This document shows, one piece after another, positions 24,943-37,070 of a DNA stretch of 64,000 nt. This DNA is from Kudoa neothunni (lineage: Eukaryota; Animalia; Cnidaria). Where the stretch lies: the NCBI GenBank assembly GCA_964304625.1, contig OZ199839.1, positions 3,133,223-3,197,222 on the forward strand, given 5' to 3'. A program made the translations under genes and the position numbers. Below the pieces are notes generated by a model that saw only the letters and a program-made list of their open reading frames with translations, was not told the DNA's origin and ran no database searches. Position 1 is the first letter of the stretch, and each line of letters begins with the position of its first letter.

Positions 24943-27770
24943 CTATAATTGATCGCACGAGAGAATCACACTTTGGGTGTATTTATCAATAGGGATATTG
25001 TAATGGGCCAGTCTAGGTTTGGTGATGTTGCAACGCAAAACATTGAAATATCGCCACAGTTTTCGCATATTGATCATTTGGTCGATATAGGTCTCATCGA
25101 ATAGGGGAGATGGTAGTTTGATCCCTTTGAAGAGCACCTCATCGGATAACTTGGTCACATTTTTCGGGGATAAAGCAATTAGACTATGACTTTTTATGTT
25201 GGTGTCGAAAAGATTGCTTTCCTTCAGCCGGTCATTCATCGACAATTTCAGCATATTGATATCACTCATAGCAATTCCTAGGTAGGGTATAAACGGCGCC
25301 TGTAAACTTTCAATGATAGATCTGTAGGATTCGTGACTGTTGGTGATGTCGGTCATATGCGAAAGTTTGTACCAAATATCGTAGAATTCCTGGTTGGATT
25401 CCAGTAATGAGGTGATTAGTTTGGTGTTGTTCGACGAGGACATTCCAGTGTACACAGCAAAGGCGCTATGTATGTTGCCAAGATTAAACAGTGAATCCAA
25501 CAACCTAAACATAAACTCTAGGCATTTGATTCGTTTGGATTTTTTCTCGCTGGAGTTGATTATTTTGATGGTCCAATGGTTTACAAAATGGAACCGAGCG
25601 GTAGATCTATTCATATTGGCGCATATTTTTCGATATGAAAAAGGTTCGTTGTAACTTGGATTTATTAGCGTGGAACAGCTGGCACCATTAGATGACGGGG
25701 TAGGTGGGAGGGTTGGAGTTGGATGCGTAGGTAACAGCGCTCGCCCCAGCACTACTGTACACCGAATCATAACTCAGCGATTTTTGGTATTTCAAATGAA
25801 ACCAATACAGGAATTTCTCCAAGATTAATAGCATGAAATATCTCTTCATCGGTTGTAGTGAGTTGGGCGGCAACATCATGAGGAGATATCGACAACAGTT
25901 TCTTCACCGCCACTTTCGGCTCAAACAACTGCTGATGTTGTTCCACATTATTAGAAACTTTATGATTGAGACTGGGAAGTGTGTTGTTAGCAACTGTGAG
26001 ATAATGTTGCAACGCACGTCTCAATGCTAATGCTAGATTGTGTCTACCTCTCAACACCAAACAATACATTAATTGCCATAGTTGAGGAAGATAACCACCC
26101 AATGCTTGACCACTTTCAAACACGTTACTGATCACGTCAATCAATAGAATGGTGTTCGAATAGAAAAATGGTGAGGTTCTCGATGTGGTGGATCAGGGAA
26201 ATAACGATACACCTCACCCAACAACACATCCACAAGATCTTGTAATGGAATAAACAATCGATAGGTGACCAAAAATAGATCAATCTGAGTGGCACAATTG
26301 GAATCATTATAGTATTGGAGACGTATCTTGGCCATATAATGTATTATATCAATCGGACGACCAGCTTCCAAATGAAAATTCAAGGTGTATTTGTGATAGT
26401 CACTAGGTCCGTGACATACACATTGAATATTCATCATGTTGTGAAATGAAAAAAATAAGAGGAATCTCTGAGCTGGTATCAACCCTGAACGGATAGTCTT
26501 TTGGATCATTATTATCATAGTTACAGTAATGGTTACGCATTACAGAGATGAACTCATTCATATCCATCTGACTGGCTCTCTCTGTAAATCTACAAAAGTC
26601 AAATATTAATGATACAGATATGTCGTGTGTTGGTTTATTGGTGAAATAGATTTAACAGATAAAACACTAGGGCTACCTTTTTGACAAATTTTTATAGGCT
26701 GTCATCTCCTTTAGATTTCTTTCTTTCAATATTGAAATAGATTTAACAGAATAAAAACACTAGGGCTACCTTTTTGACAAATTTTTATAGGCTGTCATCT
26801 CCTTTAGATTTCTTTCTTTCAATATCTCAAATTCGTTTCGCCAGCACAAACATCATTCCGTCGGACATGGAAGTTACTTTTCTTAATGAATGATAACCTT
26901 GTGGAATGGGAGCGGGAGTAGCACGAGATGATGAATGTGAGCTGGAGGATTGTGTTGGCAAATTCGATAATGTTTTCACCTCCAAAACTACGATTTCTCC
27001 TCTCGATACAACGACACACTGTTGATTGAGGTGGAACATATTCACCATCGAATGCCATTGGTCGATAAATATATCCGCTATATCTACCACTGACAACTGA
27101 TCCACAGCAAATACCACAAAAGTTTTCAAACATTGCATCCATCTCAGTGTATTGTAATCGATCGATAGCAAACAAAAATACCATCAATGTAAAGTTTGAA
27201 TTCGTTGTATTTTTGAAAAATGCTCAGATGGGGCTGATATCGAATGTAAAACAGTATCTTTGAAGGTAGTGCCTCCACTACCCCAAACCGCTCGAGGATG
27301 AACCCGCATTACAACCGCTCCCTGACGACCGCGAGATATCATTCGGACTAGGATGAGTGAGCGAATCATTGTTGGCTATAAATGACATTCTCTCGGTCAA
27401 CAGCGATAAGAAAAAAACATTCAAAATTCGAAATTGTTTCCAAGAGTTGATTGCTGGAGAGAGATTAGTCGTCAAAAAACAAATCTGTTCGTTTGCATCG
27501 ACCTTATTCAAACACATCAACGTTGGAATTGATAAATTTTAGCGCTTTATTAATGCACCGCGTATTCTCCATTATAAATGCTATAGTTGGAGGCTCAAAT
27601 GAAGGCATTGTTGGTAGGAGATTTTTGGTTGTTTTTTACAATTCGTGAGGAACAATTACCGTGACAACAGCGAGCTTCAAGCATGTTATCAGAAATCACC
27701 ATTTGCCCATGTGGCCGTCGGCAGTGCTTCTAGCCCTGTTTTTGGTCATAGTTTGATACGGCGGTTTCAT
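24943..27770 (-). CDS. Ras-family guanine nucleotide exchange factor (REM + CDC25 domain)
   Basis: REM motif LEAGRPIDIIHYM..IDLFLVTYRLFI..DLVDVL. CDC25 motifs VAAQLTTTDEEIFHAI, RFHFVNHWTIKII, LFNLGNIHSAFAVYTGMSS, PFIPYLGIAMSDI and INMRKL. The ORF-track pieces join across single-base frameshifts. One intron at ~26593-26770. Start codon uncertain. Confidence 0.88.
26643..26825. repeat. ~91-93 bp tandem duplication spanning a RasGEF exon end and splice donor
   Basis: Units 26643-26733 and 26734-26825 differ only by A-run lengths. Confidence 0.95.
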
Positions 27771-29444
27771 TAAGAGTCTGCCTAACTAAAAGATATAACT
27801 TGGGAGGGATTAAATAAAACATTTAATTACCAAAAAATCTGTTCCAAATATAAAATTATTGAAATTAAATTTTCTGTCAAAATATCAATCCACAATAAAC
27901 AGTCAGGCAGACCAGTAGACAGATTAACAAATTTCTAATCACACGCCTAATTTCTGTGTTTACAGGATTTAATAATGTGTATAAAGATTTTACGCTGCCG
28001 AATAGGACCAAAAATTAAGGACGTTCAAACAACTACTAACACATATTTTGGGGCAGAACATGATTGATTGGTCTGTATGATAGAATTTGTCGTTGAAAAA
28101 GTTTTAAAATATTGGAATAAATTGATCGAATGCGGAAGTTGGTAACCGCTTTTGGGGATATACAAAATTTGGCGGTTATTTCCATGATAATCATCTAATC
28201 CGACACATTTCTCCTTGCTCGATACAGTCACAGTCATTACTAATACGTATTTTGTTTGTTTAAATTTTGACTAAGAAGCAGAATTTATGTCTGTTTTTTG
28301 CTCCAAATATGACTGGTGTGAAAAATTTTAACTATTTGGTATTCATAAGAAAGTATTCCCACACTTATTTTAATACTTGTTATCATTCACATGGGGATAA
28401 ATCATTTAAACATAAACACTGCTTAACTAATAAATAATTATACCTATTCGTTTAATTTTATGCCAGGAAACATTAGTTTATTCGATAAAATCTCTTAACA
28501 AACTTGGGTTAGCGGTATTGGCTTCAGAGTTCCAAGGGATAAGTTACTAATGCTCACCGAACATGTCCAAAGTCCGCGTACTCCTTTACACTAATCCATC
28601 AACAAAATGAAGATTATTTCTCAAAATTCACCCAGTAATACTCACTCGTATTTGTTCATTGTTAAAATATCTCACATATATAGATATACTCATTCACGCA
28701 GCTTAATGAATTTTAGGGCGTCCCATTCTGTCTAAAATAATGCGTTCAAATTTCATGAATTATTTAAGGCTAAATACGTTTCTTTATTCAGCTTCAAACC
28801 TTTAGAAATTTTCAGTACTCATATCAATCCTCGCTAATGATAATTAGTTAGTGTATTTTATGAATTTCTTAAAAAAATCTTAAATAAATTCTTCATGAGT
28901 GCGATGCCTTCATTGGAATTTAAAAGGGGGAAAACCTTATTTTTGTTATGACAATTATTGTATCAGTTTAATGCACGTTAATACAAATTCTGCTTTGTAG
29001 TAAATATAATTAAAATTTTACTTTCGCCTCTACAATGAGAGAAATTGCCATTAATAATCGCCTAAGGAGAAAACACCCCAATTTACAATGTAATAATCAC
29101 ATTGTAATCGGGGGGTTAATCATTTGACTGTCAGTTTTTACGCATTTTTTGGTACAGTTTTTTTAAATTGCTTAATTGGATTTAATGGCGAAAAAATTAA
29201 ATATAATAATGGAACAATCGAGGAAAATATAATTTAATAAAATATTTTAGCATTATCCAGTATAGATGATTAAATCTGTTACAATAAAGATATACCACTT
29301 TAACATACCCTCCATATACTCCTTTTTACGGAATCTTAAAAATTAAGACTACCAAAATGTGTGAACTACCGATAAATTTCAATTTGTTCTTAATTTATTG
29401 AAACTAATTATAGTAAAACTCTCAATAGTGCGTAATTCGTTATA

Positions 29445-31283
29445 CAGTCGTGTGTCGATATTGCATAATATTTTGGGGCCAGTAAAAAATTACTCAATAT
29501 CGATACATTCGCGCATGCGCGCCAAGTTCTAATTGAACATTTCTTACAAAATAGCCCACCTATGTTATAATTTTTTTATTCGTATACTAAGAATTTCGCT
29601 TATGACATTATTAACGTGATGTTCAAGAAATAATTAATTAGAATTCTCAATGACATAAGTTTTTTCGGATTTATAAGATTTTTTACTTGAAACGTTGTAA
29701 CGTTTTCATTGTTATGTTTGGGGAAAGGATATTCACTTTAAAAAGCAAATTCGTCTTCATTTAAATGTAAAATTTAATTTTGTTCCAACAAAATAATATC
29801 ATTAACATTGTTATCTACACATATGAATACTAATACTTCATTATTAATTACTTAACAATGTTATTTCATCATCACATTACTTTAAAGTTGTATCTTCTTA
29901 ATTTAGCAATAAAAATGAAGAAATAATCAATTATTTTTGTTCGAAAATGGAAGGCTTAATGCTCAATTATTATTTTTTAACCGTAACCATTCCTCGAGCC
30001 AATTTTAACGTATTCAAGTAATCGCATACGGCATATTTAAATAATTATGGGTCCTCCTCTATGAATAGCATATTTACGCATAATATTTTTCTTTAATCAA
30101 CTTTAAGCGGTGAATTATTCCCGAATCAATTTGTCGCACCACACAAGCAATATTTTGGATGGACATAGGAGCTGGATGTTTTCGAAATAATCGATTGTTT
30201 AAGGACGATATGAGAACTGTTCTAATAAAATTAAAACCTTTCTATTTTCTTGAATGAACCAATGGTTCATATCTTACAGGATTTGGTAAAACATAGATGA
30301 AGATAGTCACCCATTCATTCGCGAATTGCATTAAATTGAAAGTTCTTTAATTCCCCTAAAAGAAAGATTTCTCTTATTACGTGTAGCTGCAATTTTTCTT
30401 CGGTAATTGTAACAGTGATAAACATAGTAGCCGTCGTTTGAATTGTTTTACACACTTACAATGTGCTAATTTTTAATAGTGGACGTACGTTGTATCAGTT
30501 GTTAATAAAAATGAGCCGTCTCATTCAAACTTAATATGTATTCCGTATTGTATCTTGACAGAATCTCGGTAAAATTCCCCAACCATTGATAAATATATTC
30601 AAAATCAGCGCTCTCTTTCTCCGTGCAATTCGAGTTTTTCAGAGCGTAACGCCTTCTGCAATTATTAAACTAACCCCCGCTTCCGTTAAAATCTTTTATC
30701 CAAATATCTTTGACAATATTACGAGATTTTTCGGTTATTACCAGAACTAGATGATATTTTTTTCGCATTGAAACTACCCAATTGTAAAAATTATTTTAAT
30801 ATCCTTATATTTTCCAGGTTAAATATTTTTCATGATTTTGAAATTTTATAATCTATGATTTAATATTGTCTAGAAAAACTTCTATAAAGATTAAAGTAAC
30901 CTATTTTAAATTATCGAGCAATATTGAAATTAACATAAATTGGTTAAGCGAAATGTTTTACAGTAATATCATTAGCATCACGTTTAAACCTACAAAATTA
31001 TAGTGATCAACTATTTTTATTATATTTTTTTCAGTTATTTGAGAATTCGAAATGCTTTTTGTAGTCCATCCATCATATTAAAAGGATGTAAATCAAAAAA
31101 ATGAGTTACGCGATGGCGCGACAAGATTTTTCCTAATTTGTTTGATATACACTCGTTGAAAATTTTTGTTTGTTTGTATAGTCACCTATTTAAGCATACT
31201 TAATATGAATATTATGATTCGTTTAGTGAATTGAAGCACATAACTCCAATAAAGTTAAATTACGCAGTATCGAGGCACAACTG
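29445..31283 (-). mobile_element. pogo/Tigger element, decayed
   Basis: TIRs TA-cagtcgtgtgtcgatattgcataa and ttacgcagtatcgaggcacaactg-TA. Minus-strand remnant ILSLNETAHFY (consensus I.N.DETGLFY). Confidence 0.75.
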
Positions 31284-31537
31284 TATCTTAGCGTATTGTT
31301 CGCTTATTCTATATTGATAGGGGAAAAAAATAAGTAAATATGAAATCAGAAACCCTTTTTATGATGGTTTAGTTTATAAAGATGCAAAAAAAATTTGGGA
31401 AAAAGAAAAATTGATGTTCTGACTATTGCATAACTTAGGTTGCTGATTTTAATCATTTTAATCTTCAAAATGCTTCATAATAAATATTGAGGATAAATTC
31501 AAAATAAACAAACATTATAAATTATAATGTGATAAAT

Positions 31538-32355
31538 TGTCGCGGATAGGGTTCGAGCCATAGTTTAAGGGCGGTGGTACCATGTCGATTTATTCAGGGG
31601 TCATCAAAATACATCCTGCGGTGTCTCCCTTAAACTCGAATACGCGTGCGACATGCCATAATTTCAGGTACGCCTGTAGAATTAATGGGGCGACCTGGAA
31701 GCAGTGTCAGGTTGGGCCTATGCTAACAAAAAATTAGCAAAATTTTTTCATTTTATGCAAAATACACAAATAAATCAATATAACAATATTAAATAAAAGA
31801 AAAACTATGTTTATACGAATATTTTATTTCTTTTTGTACCTCACAAGAAAAAATCTCTATCAAACATGAATCAATTCCATGTTCTACATTCAGAAAAATT
31901 CATAACTTTTTTTTGTTTTTATAATTTTCATTTCATTTTTATAATTGTTCGGCTTCCAAAAAAAATTTTTTAATCTGTCCCTCGATGCTTATGAAGATCT
32001 AAAATGTGGCCCGTCAGTCCAAAACTTTGGTGACCTCTGGATTTGTTACTGATAGCGCATACGCTAATTTTGGTTACAATCATTATAACCAGACATTACA
32101 TCAAATAATCAAAAAACGAGGAAACCCCGCAAAATTAACGAATATTTTTAATAACTAATTACAGCGCAACTTCAGAATTCGACCCAAAATTTTGAGTCAG
32201 AAACACTTTTGAGCTCAGCACATATATAAAGGTTATTCAGAACAAATTCAATTGGAGCAAAACACAGAGAAGAAAAGAAATTCTAGAAGAAGAGACGCTC
32301 AATCAAATTGAGCGAACGTCATCAAAAGAGACCCTCAATAACCTGTCGTACGACA
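31538..32355 (+). mobile_element. Possible solo LTR interrupted by a hAT MITE
   Basis: Termini TGTCG...CGACA and an internal TATATAAA at 32223. No TSD found. Confidence 0.35.
31595..32039. mobile_element. hAT MITE
   Basis: Ends caggggtcatcaaa ... tttggtgacctctg with 8-bp TSD gatttatt/gatttgtt. Confidence 0.8.
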
Positions 32356-32396
32356 ACCAAATAATATTTATCCTATATTTCATTTTTATTATGTTA

Positions 32397-33605
32397 CAGT
32401 GTTTCAAGTTCAAGATGCATTATTTGAAAAAAATAGGTAATTACTAAATATCGAAACAATAAATCAATTTTCAATAACTTCGTTGTTTAAGCATCATGGG
32501 AAATAACTATCCGCATGACTTCAATTGTTTTGACTAGATTTTATCGCCTCTATGAGTTCGGTTTTGGTTGTTGGATTCTTGTGTCTCACTATTATTTTTA
32601 GTTGGTTGAAAAGTTCCTCGATCGGGTTAATGAACGGGGAATATGACGGTAGAAACAGAATCGAGTGATTTGTTTCTGCCACAAGATCCATGATGTAGTC
32701 AGTTTTGTGAAACCTTACATTGTCCATTATGAACAATGCATTTGATATGCCGTTCAATTGTAGCTCTATGAAAAGTTGGATTAGATATTCAGAAAATATA
32801 TTTTCATTTACTGAGCCCTCGTGTACTTTGGTTGACCATACTTTCTGGGAGCTCGTTGCGGCTATCAATGTAATATTTTTGGAGCGGACGGTTCTCACGG
32901 TTAAATTTGCCCTAGATCCAACAGGGGACCTCCCAAAAAAGCGCCTCATTGATAAAGAGAACCCTGCTTCATCAATATAGAGAACAAGAGAATAGTTTGG
33001 CTTTTGTTGAAAATAATTTATTACATAACTAATTTAGATTTCATTTTAATTTATTATATATGATTTACTTTTTTCTTTTCCCTACATTCTCGAGTAGATT
33101 TCTGCCAACAGGAACTATGGAAATTTTTTTTAGTGAATAATGAAATCCTTCAAGAACATTAGCAATCATTTGCCCGGATACACTGATGTTATATTGTGAA
33201 TTTAACATTTCCCCTAAAGATGTTAATGTTATAGTGCAATCGTCGTCAACAAGTTGTTTTAGGAATTGTTTATGTTCGTCGTATAATAATTGACGTCGTT
33301 TGCCTTTCATTTTTTTCTTTTCCACATTTCCCGTAGAATCCTTCAATTTAAGAATTCTTGTGACAGTAGTTGGATGAACTCCAACACACTTGGCAATTTG
33401 TTTAGTTGGGACTTTTTACTTAAAGTTATATAGCTAATTAATTAAAAATAACGAACTTCTGATAAATTTAGAATTAAATCTCGTGAAGTCATATTTGTTT
33501 TGTTATATTTTCTTTTTTTCACGGTTGAATTAATTATTACATCAGCTGAACCTATAAGATTTGCTTCATGATCGGATGTGAATGCATCTTGAACTTGAAA
33601 CATTG
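32397..33605 (-). mobile_element. IS630/Tc1 DD34E transposon with two introns (pseudogenised)
   Basis: 25-bp TIRs cagtgtttcaagttcaagatgcatt (24/25) with TA TSD. Catalytic motifs YIDEAGF, IMDNVRFH and YSPFINPIEE (34-residue spacer). Exons 33603-33457, 33418-33069, 33028-~32467. Confidence 0.9.
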
Positions 33606-33635
33606 TATCTAATTTTTATTTGCCATATTTTATAA

Positions 33636-35993
33636 GGCAGTGGCCATTACCACGCAAGCGTATAATCGTATAATCCCGTGTCGGGGCCGTCTATTGCCAC
33701 GAAAACGAATTTCTCCATAACCACACAATATTATATATTTCTGTTTATTTCTGTTGATTGAGAATTTTTTTTTTACTATAAAAATTGTAATTTTCATACG
33801 AAAATTCATTCATCTAATTTTTGACATTTGCAACATATAACCGCGTATTTTTCACACTTGTTTTAAATGTTACATAGTTATTATTAAATGTTTTATGATA
33901 ACATTATTTACTTCAAAAGTTTAAAAAAGAACTAATAGATACCTTAAACACAGCATCGAATTCGTAATTCATAGATAGGGATCATATAATCGTTGATTGA
34001 ACTTTGAGTATCTGAATTTTACGATAAATAGAAAAAATTTCACAAGAATGATTGACAAGGCACGAATAAACTTTATTATAATTCAATTACGTAGTTTTTT
34101 TTTTCTTCCCGATTGTAGTCATCCTAAAACCCCTTAGTCTTCATACTGCTATAGACTTGTAGGAAATGTAAAATCTACAAAAATGTAGGAAGATACACTG
34201 AAACTAAAACCTTAGAATCCCAGTAGATTTGGTTGATTTTATATTGTCTGATAAATTAATCCACTGTGATCTAATTGGATACCAATTCTTTTTAAAATAC
34301 AAATTAAAATCCTCAACGTTTAGCTGTTAAAATCAGTGCACATTTTCTGATAATCATCTTGATTTCTAACGAAGAATATTTTTGAAGGATTTCTAGCATC
34401 AAATATTTTAATTCACGCGTGATATTATATATTTAAAGCAATATCTACCACTCAAAAATTTTCAAGACTTCCAAATCTTTGCTGGTGATTACAGAAAGTA
34501 CCTCCTCTTTTATCGATAACAGAACAGATATTAATTCGTTAATATACTAGTTTAAAATGATTTGTTGTAAATAATACATGAACTACTTATATGATTCGTT
34601 CCAGGGAAAATCGTTAACTGTAAGGTATTGGGGAACACTGAAGAAAATTTAATAAAATTTGGAGCTTAAAAAATAGATTATGAATATTGAATTTTTTTGT
34701 CGTGATTCCAATAATTTTTAGGTTGTATCAATATAAGTAGTTCTAGATAAATGGAAAAAACCTTCTTCATCTCATCCTCTATAAATATTATTGCACAAAG
34801 CCGATTCGCATCTTCGGTAAGAATTCTAACATCACACTTATGATCCAGAGTTAGAATTTTATAAAAATAGTTGATTTTATTACGATAGGAAGATGTTTTT
34901 TTCGTATAATGTATGGAATTGAGTATAATTATTACGCCTGTTTTTATTGTATTTCAGACTGTAGCATTTTTTCATTGGCAAACAGAAATTAATGTTGATA
35001 TTAATTTACTATTTCGGTCTAATCTACCTTGTGGCGGTACACCTGAAGAAAACCTGATTTCTTCTGTGGTTATGTGCTAGGCGTAAAAATTTTACTTCAA
35101 GTATCATTCCATCGGAGCTGACTCCTACCTTAATATGAGTCTGACAGGTGTCTCACAAAGTTTTAGCCTCTCTTACACTCATTGGTTTATTACAGTAATG
35201 GTGGTCAAACTAACAAATGTGCTAGATATAACAATATTTTAATCCTCCATTAAATTTTTTGGGAGAGAACACGTTTGACATAATTAATTTTTTAAATCTC
35301 AATCTGTTAAGTTACATAATTATTTTTTTTCATATGACCGTAAAGAATCTTCTAGTTTAAGAAACGAGATAAATAATCTTTCTATTTAAAATATATCACT
35401 CCCAGCACTGCCTTATATTATTTCTTATTCTCGCATATTTAAATATATAATCTAAACATAGTTCATAATTATAAGTATTACAAGTTTTTTAAGCTTATTT
35501 TCATAACACTTGTACACCCTTTTTCAGAATTATCCATTTTAAAGTACCCTAAAAGGTCAGGTAAAATATCTTGTAACGAACAAAAAATGTGTATAAATAT
35601 GCACATATAGGTTGTGTACCTTATAATAGATTTGATTTAGGTCGATTTGAGGATGGCTCATCGAATTAGGGCTTAAAACAGCCTAGAAATACTCAATTGT
35701 GATAATATAAAATCAGAAATTATTTCAACGGTCACTGTGTATATATATAAACTGATATTTTAGGTTTTTAAGTAACCGATTATTGTAAAAACCAGCATAA
35801 AGGTTGGTTTTCATCGTAAAATCTATTATACTAAATTTTAACGCCAAAAATTAAAATTTAATAGATAAAAATATGTTTAAATAATAAATAAAATTATAGG
35901 TCTAGGCATCGTCAGAATTAGGAGAAATTCGTTTTCGCAACAATAGAGAGCCCCGACATGGGATTATACGCTAGAGTGGTAATAGCCATTGCC
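33636..35993 (-). mobile_element. Mutator-like element (MULE)
   Basis: ~75-80 bp TIRs (ggcagtggccattaccac..gaaaacgaatttctcc) and a perfect 9-bp TSD attttataa (33627-33635, 35994-36002). Interior is decayed. Confidence 0.85.
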
Positions 35994-36511
35994 ATTTTAT
36001 AAAGACAAGGTATGCATGTTTTCATAAATAAGAATAAAAATAATCATTTGTTTGATGCACGATAATATAGTAAACTAATTTTAATTATTTTGCAAGGGAC
36101 AAAATTCTAGAACGGATTATGGTCGAAGTCCGAGGTTGCACTGTATTTGTATTGTTTGCGTGTGTCTTGTTATTGCGTAATTTATTTCTGGCCTTGAAAA
36201 GTCACACAATATCGAGAGTTTACTGTAAAAAATTTTTAAATAATCATAAAAAATAGATTGATCATGCTCATGTCGTCGTATAAAGATATATTTGAAATTA
36301 TTTTGTTAAAATTAATCAGGTTACAATGATTAATGATCCAATTTTGAGAAAAAAGTTATTATTTTTTAGGCCATATAATTTATGCATGTAAATTATATTA
36401 AATAGCTATGAATATTACTGTTAAGCTAGTTGTGGCTAATATTCATGACACTACGAGTAAAATACAACAAGTAATCTATTTAGAGATAATAATAGTTTAT
36501 CTATATAAAGA

Positions 36512-37070
36512 CTAGCGCGAACTGCTCAGCGTTGCTAGGGGAAGGTTTCGCATAGAGACGATTCTTAACAACATTCAAAAAACATATGAAGTTTCAAGTT
36601 AACCGACAGAAGCAGTATAACTAAAAATTTGTAAGCATCGTATTGTAACGATTTGGATTATAAAATTTAAATTATGATAATTTCTTGGCCCGGCACCAAC
36701 TCTAAATAATTTAAGGTCGGGGTCGTATTTTCTTGCATTCCCCGAGTTATTTTAATCCCGTTAAAATGTTACCCTAAACGTTATTTTCGATCCAGCTCAG
36801 AAAGTTTATGCATCACTGTTTACGGGTGACAACTAAATAGAAAAAGATATAGAGATAGGAGAAAATATATTTAAATTAATTTTTATTGGTCAAATTAATA
36901 CCCCTTGTCACGACAAGAACTTTAATACACTATTTCCTCAAAACAGCCACAAATCGCATCAACTTCAACGCAAATAATTTAAATAATTGAATGAAGTAAA
37001 AATACAACCATATGCATTGACTTTAATCACTGAAAGTTAACCTTAGCGGGGCGATTTCAATGAAAACACA
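36512..37070 (-). mobile_element. Helitron 3' portion
   Basis: Minus strand ends cccctagcaacgctgagcagttcgcgCTAG|t. Shares internal sequence with 61425-62574 and 50573-51140. Confidence 0.75.

Larger units (their letters stand above)
29411..36225. mobile_element. Outer pogo-like element hosting a nested TE island
   Basis: Degenerate TIRs TA-tagtaaaactctcaatagtgcgt and acacaatatcgagagtttactg-TA. Confidence 0.5.

Noticed and set aside
4190-27290. Euplotes-style programmed +1 frameshifting at stop codons
   Set aside because: A few shifts lie next to stops (~4201, ~8710, ~27278). However, homology places others (12902 before HSRIIW, 25813 before FLYW, 39050) well upstream of any stop, in homopolymers.
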